Source: Klebsormidium nitens
Lineage: Eukaryota; Plantae; Klebsormidiophyceae
Direction of reading: 5' to 3'
NCBI GenBank assembly: GCA_000708835.1
Contig: DF237055.1
Location: 133,758-197,757 of the forward strand
DNA: 64,000 bases
In this document: one piece after another, positions 34,234 through 45,790 of the stretch
Position numbering within the stretch: position 1 is the stretch's first letter
Layout of the letters: every line of letters begins with the position of its first letter
Notes under the pieces: generated by a model
Told to the model about the DNA's origin: nothing
Databases searched by the model: none
Seen by the model: only the letters and a program-made list of their open reading frames with translations
Program-made: the position numbers and the translations under genes

Positions 34234-37200
34234 ATGGGGAAGAAGGCCAAGAAGGCTACCAAAAAGTTTCAGCGGAAGGAGTTGGGCAAGGAAATACAAA
34301 AACGCAGAGCTCACAAGATCATCAAGGGACAGAGGGAGAAGGCGACAAAGCAAAGGAGGCCCGATGAAGGTGGGATCACATCTCCCTTGCTTTCATCGCT
34401 TGTGGTTGTGAAAGGTTTGGAGTTTGCTGCCATCTTTGCAAGAACTGCAGCTTGTGAAGAAGCAGCTTATAAGAAGAGCTGCATTTTAGGCGTATCCAAT
34501 CAATCTGCCTGGAGAAGCTGCGAGTTGTGAAAGCATTCTCTTACACCAATCGCAATGTCGCATTGCAGATGACATGGAGATCATACGGGGCCAGGACGGC
34601 ATTGCAAAGAAGTCCGGCAAGATGGCCCCTAAAAAGTAAGGGTCGAATGACTTTACCATGTTGAGCTCACATATGTTTGTTCGATGCACAATCTGGAAGA
34701 GCCGTATACCATTACCGCCACGGATGGCTGTATTTCAGATCCACCACCCCAGCATCGGCGCTGTTCGAGTTGTTTCTTCCATTGGTTCGTCGTCAGCGAG
34801 CAAGCAACAGGTTGGCTGTCTTGAGTGTCGTAGTCACGTCTCTATATATGCACATTTTACCACCATTTTCTTCGTATGTCAAAAATAATCCATCAGCAGC
34901 ACCAGCGATCGCATGGGTTCTCAGTTTTCCTGGGTGGTTTGTGAGCACTTCTGCATGGTTTGAATAGTGTTTCCTGTCTGAAAACAGATTTGTGGACAGA
35001 AGACTATTCTGCTGACCCTTTTTAGCACCACCTTTCAATGCAAACTCTTTCGTCACTCATGCTTCATTTCTGTATTTCATTGTCTTCTTGTTATGGTGGC
35101 AGAGGGGTAGGATGATCAAATAGTTATCCCTGTCCGAAAGCAAACATGTGGACAGATTACTACGGTGCTGACCTCTTGCACCACCATTACGTTGTATCAT
35201 CAGGAAAAGCATTTGGTTTTCTACCTTTTTCTCTCGTGTCGCTTCTCCTTTTTTCGCCAACAAAGTGTGCGTCTTACAACATTTGTCAAATGTTAATCGA
35301 GAAGACTTCAGTTTGGTATGGGGCGTGATGACCAAATAGTTATCCCTGTCTGAAAGAAGACGTGTGGACACATTACTACGGTACTGACCCCACCTACAAT
35401 CAGTAGCTCTCTTTATTCCCGTTTTTTCTGGAGATGTGCGGTTTGCTCAATTGCTTGAGATATATTGATAAAAAGATTCTATACTGCTTGTGTTCTGGGG
35501 AGTGATGATCAAATAGTTATCCCTGTCTGAAAGAAGACGTGTGGACAAACCATTGGTACTACTGACCCCAATATCAACCACCCGCTTTTGTTTCATTTTT
35601 TATCGCTTCTCTTGCACTTCCTTATACGCATTTTACTCCAAACCAGTAACCGTCAAGAGACGTTTCTTACTCTTCTGCTGAATCATGGGGGCGTGATGAT
35701 CAAATAGTTATCCCTGTCCGAAGGAAGACATGTGGACACATTACTACGGTACTGATCCCCACCATACTACCGTCAAATCCACTTTCTTCACGGTGCAAAG
35801 TTGCTCATGTGCAAAGTCTTTCTTCATTGCAAGCAACGGGTTGCTCCTTTCCCTCTTAGGAACACGAGAGGGATTTCTGTATCTGCTGTTGAAGAACGTT
35901 GGGACAGATCGCAAGCAGACCGTCTTTTCCTCTTTGTTGTCTGCCTATCTATTCTGAGCCCGTTTGAAATCAATGTTGACATCCTGGAGCATTGGTGTTG
36001 CTTGGTTAAATGCAAGTGGGGAGTGATGACCAAATAGTTATCCATGTCTGAAGGAAGACATGTGGACACATTGTTCTATCTCTGACCCTCGCTGTGCCAG
36101 CCAAGCTTCAACATCCCTAAACATCCCTGAATATTCTGTTGAAGTTACCAGTTTCCCCGACAGGGTCATGGTCTGACTGTGGCTATACGGAAAAGTATCA
36201 TGAGGTGACTCGTTAGCAGATGGATCTCATTTGGGCTGCTTTTGTCGCGCACTGCCCGGTAAGAAAATGTCTTGGGCGTGTTTTTCAAGCTCTCTACAAT
36301 CTGTCCAAATGCAGCGCACTCTTGAATCCAACCACCAAGCGAACTTTCAGTGTCGCCTCCTTGAGTTCCTAGCACATTATCTGGATAAGAAGAAATATCA
36401 AATTTGTAAAGAGGAAAGTTTCGATATCTTTGTGTGCTTTGTGCGATCGCAGGCCGGTGGCGGACCTCGATGTGGACGAGCTGATGAAGGGCGACTTTCT
36501 GGACGGGAGCGCCTCGGACGACGAGGAGCTGTCCGAGGAGGACGCTGCAGCAGGGGAGGATGACGACCTGGATGACGTAAGCAAACCAGTGTCTTTGTCG
36601 TTGAGCTCCCGTCAAGTCCGCGATCAATCGTATGCTTCTTCTCCTGGATTGTCGGAAGTACAGGCATCTTGTAATTCAAGATCCCAAGTCTGACTTTACG
36701 GATTGCCTGATCTACTTCAGGACTGGTGAATGCCAGAAGCCAACTTACTACGGCCAAATGTCTCAGCCTTCTGAAGACTCATTTTGTGCTTGTATTTTAT
36801 CAACTGGATTTGCAACCACGTGTTGGATTCAACGTTCGTCCGTTAGCGTGGGACCTGCAGAGTGTCAGTCGATCCAGCGGCTGCCGTCTGTTTTGCTATA
36901 CATCTTTAATGAGGGTTAAGAAGCTTCGGAACTGTCCCAACTGACCGAAACCTGCGGCGGATATAGCTTTTCCTCCAACGGTTGAAGATACGAGACTCGA
37001 AAGGATCTGAGAAACCAAATTGATTTTGTTGCAGGTCGAAGCTTCCGACGACGAGGACGCCCTGGCTGACATCCCCCCCGCGGAGGAGCCCGCCTCGGAC
37101 GACGACCTGGGCGAGGGCGAGTCGGACGTCCGGGGCCAGAATCGGACGCTCAAGTCCGAGATCTCCCAGCACAAGGCGCAACTAGAGGCGCTGAAAAAGA

Positions 37201-40200
37201 AGGACCCCGAGTTCTATAAGTACCTGGAGGACTATGATAAGGAGCTGTTGGACTTCGACGAAGAGGAGGAAGAAGGGGAGGGGCCGGAGGACGAGGCAGA
37301 GGAAGAGGGGGGGGAGGAAGAGCACGAAACTGAGGGGGTGGGCGCGGGAAAGGGAGGAGAGGAGCTGGTGCTGACGACGGCAATGGTCGACGCGTGGTGT
37401 AAAGCCGCCAAGGAGGTGGGTTTCTGCAGTGTCTGGAGATATCTGCTTTCTTCCTTTTGAGTCGATCTTCTGTTTTCAAGACTTACTTGACCGAAGTTGT
37501 TGCATTGGAGAGAGGGGCACTAGTCTGAAATGAAATAGCCGAGTCGTGGGTGTAAACCGCCCCGCCGCGTCTCCTCAATCAAACCTGCTGAGTGCAGATT
37601 CTTTATCCATTTTTGAGCTGGAATTCCACACAGCGTAGGTTCTGAAGTTTTTTAATAAGAGAATTGTTACCCTTCAGATTCTGCAGAAGCGTTGCAAATA
37701 TTCTCTGTTGTCGATCCTTCAATGTTCGTTGGAATTGATGTTATACCCAAGGCCTGAAATTTGTTGAAGAAGGTTAAACATTCTCAACCATTTGACTTTT
37801 GCAGAAGCATGCGTTTGGCGCAACCAAGAACCTGCTACGCGCTTTCCGCGCCTCGTGCCACTACGGCGATGGGGACGGCGAGAACCTGACGTCACAGATC
37901 AGCATTGCGAGCAGCCACGTGTTCAACCGCGTGATGCTCTTCGCGCTGCGGGAGATGGACGGCATCCTGCGCGCGCTGCTCGGGATCAACGGCCAGGATG
38001 AAAAGACGAAAGTTGCTGACGTGGCAAAGCTCCCGCGGTGGCGGAAGGTGGAGCCGCTGGTGCGCTCGTACCTGGGCAACGCGCTGCACGTGCTGAACCA
38101 GGTAGGGTCCTGACGTCATATTTGCCGACTTGATTGAAATGGCCGTCGTCAGTCTGACGTTGGATTCCGGTATACTTTGGTTTTTTAGGGTCAAAGAGGA
38201 TGCGGTTGAAAGGGCCATGGAGGCTGCAGGCAAAGCTGTTTTGGAAGTTGAACAGATTGTGCTTCCAACACTTTCTCCTACCGTTGACAAGTAGCAATTG
38301 GTGCTCCGCATTGATAGGAGCTGAAGATCTTTGGCAGCTGTACTGAGTGTGCTGGGCAGCGTCGTCAACTTCGGTAAGCTGGATTCGAAGCCTTGTTGAT
38401 TGGCAACAATCAGATGGTGAAGACGACAACATTGGGGGTTGCAACGGTTTTCGACAGGCCTTGACAAGAGACACGGTTCCTTCGAAGAGCGAAGTAATCT
38501 TCTTTGTTACAACACTTGTACCCTCAGTGCGGGAAGAGAATCTGGTATTGAAACGGTCCGAACCTGTGATCATCTTTGCCCATAAGCAAATGGTCTTGCT
38601 TCGTGCAGATGACGGACACCGCCATGATCGCCTTCACTCTCCGTCGCCTCAAGGCCTCCGTTGCGCTCCTCTCCCCCTTCCCCAAGTTCTCCAAAAAGTA
38701 CCTCAAACTAGTTCTCCACTTCTGGGCCGGCTCCGAAGACTCCCTCCGTCTCCTTTCAATCCTCTTCCTGCGGGAGATGGCGGTGCAACTAGATGGCGAC
38801 TTTTTGGACCAGTGCCTGAAGGGGATCTACAAGACGTACGCGTCGAACGTGAAGTTCGTGAACGTGGCCGCGGCACCGCGACTCGCCTTCATGTCTAGTT
38901 GCATAGTCGAGGTGGGTACAATAAGTTGCCGGTCTTGACTCTCAAGGGATTCCGTACCGGTCTGATATTTTGGGGCCTTCTGTCTTGCCGTTTCTACCTC
39001 CATCAGCGCCTTCACTTCTTCGCAAGTAGCCCGTATTTCCGGTTCAGGTCCATCTTCTGCAGTCGCCGTACCGATTGGTTTATCGGGCAGCAGCACGCCA
39101 TCTCCCAAGCAAATCATTGCCGGTCTAGAAATTAAGTACCCTGAATCATGCCTGCACGCCTGCCTCTGACCTCTGACATCTGAATCAACCCTAGGCGAAG
39201 TGTGAATCAAAACACCTGAAAGAAAAGTGCAGAGTGATATAGCCGCATAACGTGTCTTTAGCCTCTTCAACTCTGACTCTGATTGCTCGGTATTTGTCGA
39301 CCATCTATGAGGCTCAAAAGCCATCTTTCTCACAGCAATTTCGAATCTGAGTTCGTTGCTAGAACGCTTAAAATAAGAAAGTTTCAGTACAAGACGCCGA
39401 AATCCTCTCTCCCGCAGCTGTACGGCCTCAACCCGGCCGCTTCCTACCAGCACGCCTTCGTGTTCGTGCGCCAGCTGGCGCTCGTTTTGCGGACGGCGCT
39501 CAGCACTAAGGGCGCGGACGCAAGGAAGACGTCCGAAGCGTACCGCCAGGTCTACTGCTGGCAGTTCGTCAAGTGCCTAGAGGCGTGGGCCAACGTGCTC
39601 GCGTCACATTCTGACAAGGTGGGCGAACATTTTAACCAAGTTTGAAGTCTTTTCTTTCTGAGTGTTCCTGGTTCTGCCTATTTGACTCTTTGTCGTCCTT
39701 AGCAGCGTGTTAAGAGCAGCTTTTAGAAAGACACCGCCACAATTTCTTTACTTGGCGAAGTGGTCGCTCAATTGTGACTATAACGTGTTATGTGCTTTGA
39801 CGCGCTGCCGAACATACCTCTTTGTTCTCTGAGATCTTTCCCTGACATTCTGGCTCACAAGTCGGTCTCGGCGAAGTTAGTTTGCCAAAGTTTCAAGCTC
39901 TGTGAATGCTTCGGGGAAAACACAGAACAGTCAGGGCGCGAACAGTTGATGTCCAAGGAGCTGATTCTGAGGCAAATTTTTCTTTGATTGAGAATGAATC
40001 GATGGTTGAGGAGAGCAAGCCCTTAAACTCGAGGCAGAGAGCGGCACTGGGCCTACAGTGTGCTTTATATCCGTCTTCGGTAGAAGAAGGAAAAGTGGGT
40101 TTGCAGACTGGCGGCCTAAACCAAGCGAGTGAACTTTTAACTTGGCTTCCGTTCGGTCTCCCGACGACTTCCGCCCACTCAAGTTAGCGCATGCGAGTTG

Positions 40201-43200
40201 GAGTTGAAGTTTCATACGGCGGTTAACGACTTGAACTTTCTTTTGCTCAGCGTCCTTCTTCCTAAGGCGGAATCGCAAACCCTCACTCCTAACCCACCCT
40301 TCCGTTCTGGGCAGAACGACCTGCGCCCCCTCGTCTACCCCCTCACCCAGATCATCACCGCCACTGCCCGGTTGGGTTTAACCTTTGCCTTCTAACCCGA
40401 TTTCATTCGTGTGCAGGACGACCTCCGTCCCCTCGTCTACCCTCTGACCCAGATCATCACCGCCACTGCCCGGTTGGTCCCCACCGCCCGCTACTTCCCA
40501 CTGCGCCTCCAGTGCGTCCGCATGCTCAACCACCTGGCGAACTCTACCGGACACTTCATTCCGGTCGCCCCCCTTCTTCTCGACGTCCTCCAAATGAAGG
40601 AGCTTCGGTCCCCCCCCACGGGAGGCCCCGGCGCGGCGGCGGACTTTTACACGATTCTCCGGGCGCCAAAGACGGCGCCCAAGACGCGCGCGTTCCAGGT
40701 CAGGGGGCCGCTTTGGTTTCTGGGGTATTATCAGAATATCAGGTTTACACCAGGTTCTTGGTCCTTTCTGACTTTTACATGGTCCTCAGAACGTCAAAGT
40801 CTGCTCCCAAAACACGTGCGTTTGAAGCTAGGGGCCCCTCTAGGCCTTGTGGAACATCTGCACAATGATAGAAGCTCAAAAGTTCGCTGACCTCAGTTTA
40901 CTTCGATTTCGAGTCTGAGCGACGTCCCTCTTCGGCCTGGCTTGTACTCGGCAGATCACATGCATCTCCGGTCGGCGTACGGCATGTATGCGCCGTTTAT
41001 TACTGGACTTCCGGTCAAGTGCCCACCAGCATGTGTGCGTTTGAGGCAAGGTACGCACCTGCCTATCAAAGATCCACCCGTGTCTCTTCCGGAGTTGAAG
41101 GTGCTAAAGGCAGGCAGTTATCTGATCAAATCCGATTTCTGACATCTGCTTTCCCGTTCCAGGAGGATAGCGTCAGTCTGGCTTTGGAGCTGCTGTCAGA
41201 ACACCTGAGCCAATGGGCGTACTCCGTGGCCTACCCCGAGCTCGCGTTGCCAGTTTTGATACAGGTGAGCGTCCGAACCATGCACTTCTGGACGTCGAAG
41301 TGTCGAAGACAAGCGTCCCAATGATGGGACCTCCTGCGATTGGGCATTTTCTTACAGCGTACCCCCAGCTTGCAGTGTCAATCCTTATGGAGGCAAAGCT
41401 TAACCCAAAAAACGGACTGCTCAAACACTTGTACTTAAACATCCGTCTCTGGTTTCCTGTTACCAGGCTTTTGAAGTTTCTCCATCCTAGAGTTGCGCGA
41501 GCTCTACGAGGACTACGCTCCACTCAATCAGAAACCAACCTTTCAACGTTAAACCAGAAGAAGCGCGTGTTTTGATTAACCAGGGCTTCTCATCTTTCCC
41601 TATTCATCCTGCAGCTGCGCAAGTTCGTCAAGGCGACCACGGTGGACCGTTTCCGCAAGCAGGTGAAGCAGCTGATTGACGCGGCCGAGCGCAACTCGGA
41701 GTTTGTCGGGCGGCGACGCGACGCCGTCACCTTCAGTCCCAAGGACGCTGCGGCAGTCAAGAGCTTCTTGCAGGTGAGATCGCTTTTCGGCAGTGGGCTC
41801 GTAAAGAGCTAGGGTTCGCGACCGACTCACGAGAATCATGGGCATTGGGAGAGAGAACAATCTTTCGGGGGTGCCTCTTCCGCCCGCGCCGAGGCTGCGG
41901 ACGTTGAGGTTCCTCCGAAGGGGTCTTTCGGAAGCATTTCATCGAGTAACACTCTCCGAAGGAGTCGAGTTTGAATTGTCGTGTTGAGTGAAAAGTGGTA
42001 GGGTTTCGCGGCCTCTTATCTGCGGGTTCAAATGCACTCGTGCTCCAGCCGAAAAGCGTGCAAGCTGTTTGCTGACAAAATAGGTGATTGATGGGGGCCT
42101 TCCAATCCGTTCGAGAACTGCAGCTGGGCCCTTGCTATTTCCGGTTGAGGGGGAACGCTAAGCTAACGCTCTGCATTGAACTCAAGTTTTGCGACTGTTT
42201 CTGATACGTATTTCAGAGTCAATTACCCTCAGAAGCCTCGATCAGAGTCATCAACTCCCCCGTCCTTGATGCCATGAGAGACAACGGATGCTGTAACGTT
42301 TGACGGATCGAGATACTCCCGATTCGCGTATGCGAATGGGAGCTTAGGCTCATCTTTTGGTAGAGGCACGAGCGCCACTCAATCTGGTTGGATTAGTCCG
42401 AGGTACCTTCTTTTCAAGAAACATACGGGAGCTAGTTGATGAACGGTCTCAATTTTGAAACATTCTCAGGTGCAAGAGGGCGTATGTGTGGGCGGAAGTT
42501 TCTTCAATCAACTAATCTGAGTTTTGAATTTTGCCGCCTCTCCCGCAGGCCGAACGCGAGAAGAACCAGAGTCCGCTAGTTCAGTTCCACGCCGGGCTCA
42601 AGCAGCGTGCGGACGCCCGGCGGCGGCAGCTCCAGGCGTCGGACGTCCAAATCGACGGCCCTCGTCCAACTTCGGACGGGGCTGAAGACTCAGAGGATGA
42701 GAACGGGGAGGCGGTGTTTGGCGGGAAGTGGCTACCGCCCGGGCCGAAGAAGGAAGTCGTGGAGAAGTAAGCGCGAGCGTTTGAGTGTCTGCTGACTTGT
42801 TACGCACTTGAACACGATTTCTTGAAGCTGGAGGTTGTATATTCAAAGAGCCCTTCTTTTGACTATCCAGTCTGTGGTTTTGGTGTGTCAGCGCTCCCTG
42901 CTTGCTGAGTGCTTCTTCCAGTCTGAGAGTACCCGCATGACATTGACACCAAGGGTAGCATATCTTGAGGGGCGTCCATCATATGTGACTCAGTGTTCCT
43001 TATTGTTACTCAGGATTGTGTTTCTTGCTTCGTATGTATGCCGTGGAATGAGTAGAACATTCCGCTCTGTGTGCCTGTTGACAAACTAGCCTGGTGGACT
43101 TTTGCAGGCCAAAGCTGAGAGAGGAGCACCCGTTCGATTCGGACGACGAGGACGCCGCGGACCTGGTCGAGGACCTTGTGCTGTCCGAAGACGAGGACGA

Positions 43201-43522
43201 GCCAACCGCCAACGGTGCGGCGTTTGGGGATTCGGACGAAGAGCCTTCCGGGTCGGATCGGGATGACTCGGATGGGAACGAGAGCGACGATGACGGTCCG
43301 ATGCCGAATGTGTCCAAACAAAAAGTGAACAGCAAGGGGAAATTGGGAAAACCGAAACAACTAGGAAAGGGGAGGAGTCCAAGTGGCGGGAGTAAGAAGA
43401 GTGGTGGCTTTAAAAAGAAGGGTGTGGGTGTCAGGGCAACTCCTGGGGTTAAGAGGAGGAAAGCAAAGGGGCCAAGCGCTGGGCCAAAGGGCCCTCGGCC
43501 GAGCAAAAAGGGGAAGCACTAG
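34234..43522 (+). CDS. NOC2: Nucleolar complex protein 2 (NOC2/NOC2L), ~894 aa
   Basis: 12 exons: 34234-34369, 34569-34635, 36453-36576, 37035-37415, 37805-38101, 38609-38911, 39418-39618, 40417-40698, 41163-41264, 41615-41773, 42549-42766, 43108-43522; phases consistent. Motifs KKATKKF, LKKKDPEFYKYL, AFRASCHYG, YQHAFVFVRQLALVLR, VYCWQFVKCLEAW, LRPLVYPLTQI, RYFPLRLQCVRML, AYPELALPV; acidic tracts. Confidence 0.93.
34953..35018 (+). ncRNA. Degenerate sixth copy of the intronic box C/D snoRNA
   Basis: AATAGTGTTTCCTGTCTGAAAACAGATTTGTGGACA...CTGACCC aligns to the five copies downstream; box C and first guide are eroded. Confidence 0.45.
35101..35176 (+). ncRNA. Box C/D snoRNA copy A (snR38/SNORD1-like)
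   Basis: Terminal stem AGAGG/CCTCT, variant box C, guide AGTTATCCCTGT, D' CCGA, C' TGTGGA, second guide ATTACTACGGT, box D CTGA 35168-35171. Confidence 0.7.
35320..35391 (+). ncRNA. Box C/D snoRNA copy B (snR38/SNORD1-like)
   Basis: Stem GGGG/CCCC, box C GTGATGA 35325-35331, guide AGTTATCCCTGT + D' CTGA, second guide ATTACTACGGT, box D 35384-35387. Confidence 0.85.
35496..35570 (+). ncRNA. Box C/D snoRNA copy C (snR38/SNORD1-like, divergent second guide)
   Basis: Stem TGGGG/CCCCA, box C 35502-35508, guide AGTTATCCCTGT + D' CTGA, D-proximal AACCATTGGTACTA, box D 35562-35565. Confidence 0.85.
35686..35761 (+). ncRNA. Box C/D snoRNA copy D (snR38/SNORD1-like)
   Basis: Stem TGGGGG/TCCCCA, box C 35693-35699, guide AGTTATCCCTGT, D' CCGA, second guide ATTACTACGGT, box D 35752-35755. 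Confidence 0.82.
36017..36092 (+). ncRNA. Box C/D snoRNA copy E (mismatch in first guide, different second guide)
   Basis: Box C 36023-36029, guide AGTTATCCATGT (C>A) + D' CTGA, D-proximal ACATTGTTCTATC, box D 36082-36085, G/C terminal stem. Confidence 0.78.
40145..41399 (+). repeat. Intronic copies of NOC2 exon 8 and exon 9 edges
   Basis: Exon 8 acceptor copies ~40145-40185 and ~40300-40375; exon 8 donor copies ~40768-40835 and ~41000-41052; exon 9 donor copy 41338-41399. Confidence 0.75.
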
Positions 43523-45701
43523 GACTACAGTGTTAGCTGCAAAGGACTATGTGTTGCTTCATGGGTTACCATGGGGTGCACCTTCAACCAAAATTTGGGT
43601 TTGGTTCATACCCTCGACTAATCAATCAACTGTTGTATATTTTCCAAGTAAATGCATCCATGCTTCTGCGGAGACGGCTGCTTGTACATCCTCGTGCACA
43701 CGAAGTGACCAGTTCCCCACTAACAGCGGGGCGGCCCGTGCAAACCCTCTTGAGACCATATTGTATGATCATGCAAGGTTTTCAAAAGCTCGAGAAGAGT
43801 CATGCATTCATGTCAATCTACTTAGCCACCGTGCAGTTTCTTGATCAATGATAAGCGTTCAGTGCATTTGCTCACAAAGCTTGAGCTTGTGCAAGGACCG
43901 GTAATTCCGCCACTGGACATCCGAGAAAAGAAGTCGGCCCCTCTTGAGTCTTGGAGTTGCAGTCTCGACTCGAGATAGTGAGTCGGTGACATTGTCCAAT
44001 AATGGCCCCTGCACGCGAAGTTGCGGACCCATGTGCTCCCCACAGTACCCTGACGTGTGGGCGTTTTCCCCCAGCACTGGAAAAACGGAATGGCAACAGC
44101 CGAGCTTGTTTCTGACACAAAACGGACCCTGTCAGATTTGCACGAGCAAAAACGCTACAACCCCAATAACGAGATCAATCCGCAGCTGCCACGTGGGTTT
44201 TTGCAGATATTGCCTATGATGATCCGTACACAGGCCTCCGTACTGATACTGGTGCTGGTTGCGCAACTAGTGCGCTGCTCGCATGAGAACTTGTCCAGGT
44301 GGCAAGAGATGTCTCCTTTGTCCAATCAGTCGTTGCCAAGTCCAAAATCGATGCGGGTGTAGATTTTGGTTTTGTGGCCAGATAGCCCTGCCCACGTGAT
44401 TTGACGATCCGGCGATGACGCGTCTGAGATTTTTGCGGGATTACAATTTACGATTTCGGTCGATTATATCTGAGGTTCGAACTTATGTGTTGCTGACTCC
44501 TGTGATTTGCGTATCCGCTGTTGACCAGCGCGTATGCACGTGTTCCCCCCAGATATACCAATGCCTTATGTGAGGATGCGGATGGTGAAATTTGCTTGCT
44601 GCCAGCCGGGAGATGAAAGTGCCGGGCATAGCTGGCCGGACCGTCTGTCATTCCACGGCCGGTAGGCAGCCCGGGGCAATGCTGGACCGGGCGATTTGCT
44701 GGCCGGCAGGATCCGGCCTAGATTGAGATCTTGTTTATGTGTCTCTTTACCCGCAGGGAGATACAGTATCCCTGAAGATATATTTGAGAAATATAATGAC
44801 GATTGATACCTGTAGGTCAAAGTAGCAAATTGGTCAAAATTTGGCGCTTAGCAAGAGGATCCCGGGTGGCAGCTTCCGAAATATCGGGAAGGGTTTGCTT
44901 CACACAGGTTAGCCAGGGTCCGGTCGCGAAGATTCTTACCGACCCCGAAGCCAACCACAATCGCAGACTCTACAGAGGCCGGGGACATGAGCCAGGATGG
45001 TTTCAACCGCCTGGCAAGTTGGAACGGCAATACAGAACCGACAAAAAGGGTTCCGAATTCTTCGGACACCGGGGAGAGCCTGGCACAGCTGGTGACTTCC
45101 AGGATTGTTCTGCAGGGCAAACTTGAGCAGTTCAGAGGTGCTATCTGACGTAGCTGCCTGTCACCCGCGCTGCCTAGGCAGCCATGATCCCAAGATGATG
45201 TTACCTGGCTAGCTAGATCGGATAGCTAGGTAGCTCCTAGGAACCTCTAGAGATATCTAGACAGCCAGCTAGCTGATCCGAAGGGGGTACAGCTACAAAT
45301 GTCCGGGCTGGGTCTGTAGGTACATTGCTTCATGGAAGCGTTTCAAGTTCAACTTCAAGTCTCAAGGACAGGTTTTAATAATAGATCTCAAACAAGAGCG
45401 TGATGGGTGCCGGATTGCAAGTGTGCACGATGCATGAATGGTGGTATTTGCGTTTCTTATTGGACGAAGGGCCTAGGGGTGCGGCTCACATTGACAGCTG
45501 TCATCCGAGTCTTCAAGTTCAAGATTGATGGGATCTCGCATTGACCTTGTGCGAACGGAAGGGCGGTGGAGCTGGCGATACGATTCGTCGCTGGGGTGCT
45601 CCCTCTAATAATGTTCGCATTCTTGCTTCTTTCAAATAAGCAGCCAGGGCTTCGACAGCTGGCGGACGGGGGTGATGCTCCAAGTCCTAAGGGTTTGAGC
45701 C

Positions 45702-45764
45702 ATGGGCTTCGAGTGGGTTGATACAGCTGCGAGCTGGGGTGAAAGCGAGACCACAGCTCATTAG
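45702..45764 (+). other. Candidate upstream ORF (MGFEWVDTAASWGESETTAH*) 26 nt before the LHW-family start codon
   Basis: GCCATGG context at 45702, TAG at 45762-45764. TSS unknown, so inclusion in the mRNA is unproven. Confidence 0.3.
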
Positions 45765-45790
45765 AACAACGCACGCAAGGACGTGTTACG

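Noticed and set aside
34569-34680. Possible H/ACA snoRNA (GGGGCC/GGCCCC stem, ANANNA, ACA)
   Set aside because: 34569-34635 is needed as NOC2 exon 2 to fix the phase between exons 1 and 3.
35101-36092. Repeat-spacer layout resembling a CRISPR array
   Set aside because: Eukaryotic intron, no cas genes, irregular spacing; units have box C, D', C', D and terminal stems, so they are snoRNAs.
8301-41399. Exon echoes as collapsed or duplicated assembly artefacts
   Set aside because: Copies differ from the exon by many substitutions and from each other by age; artefacts would be near-identical.
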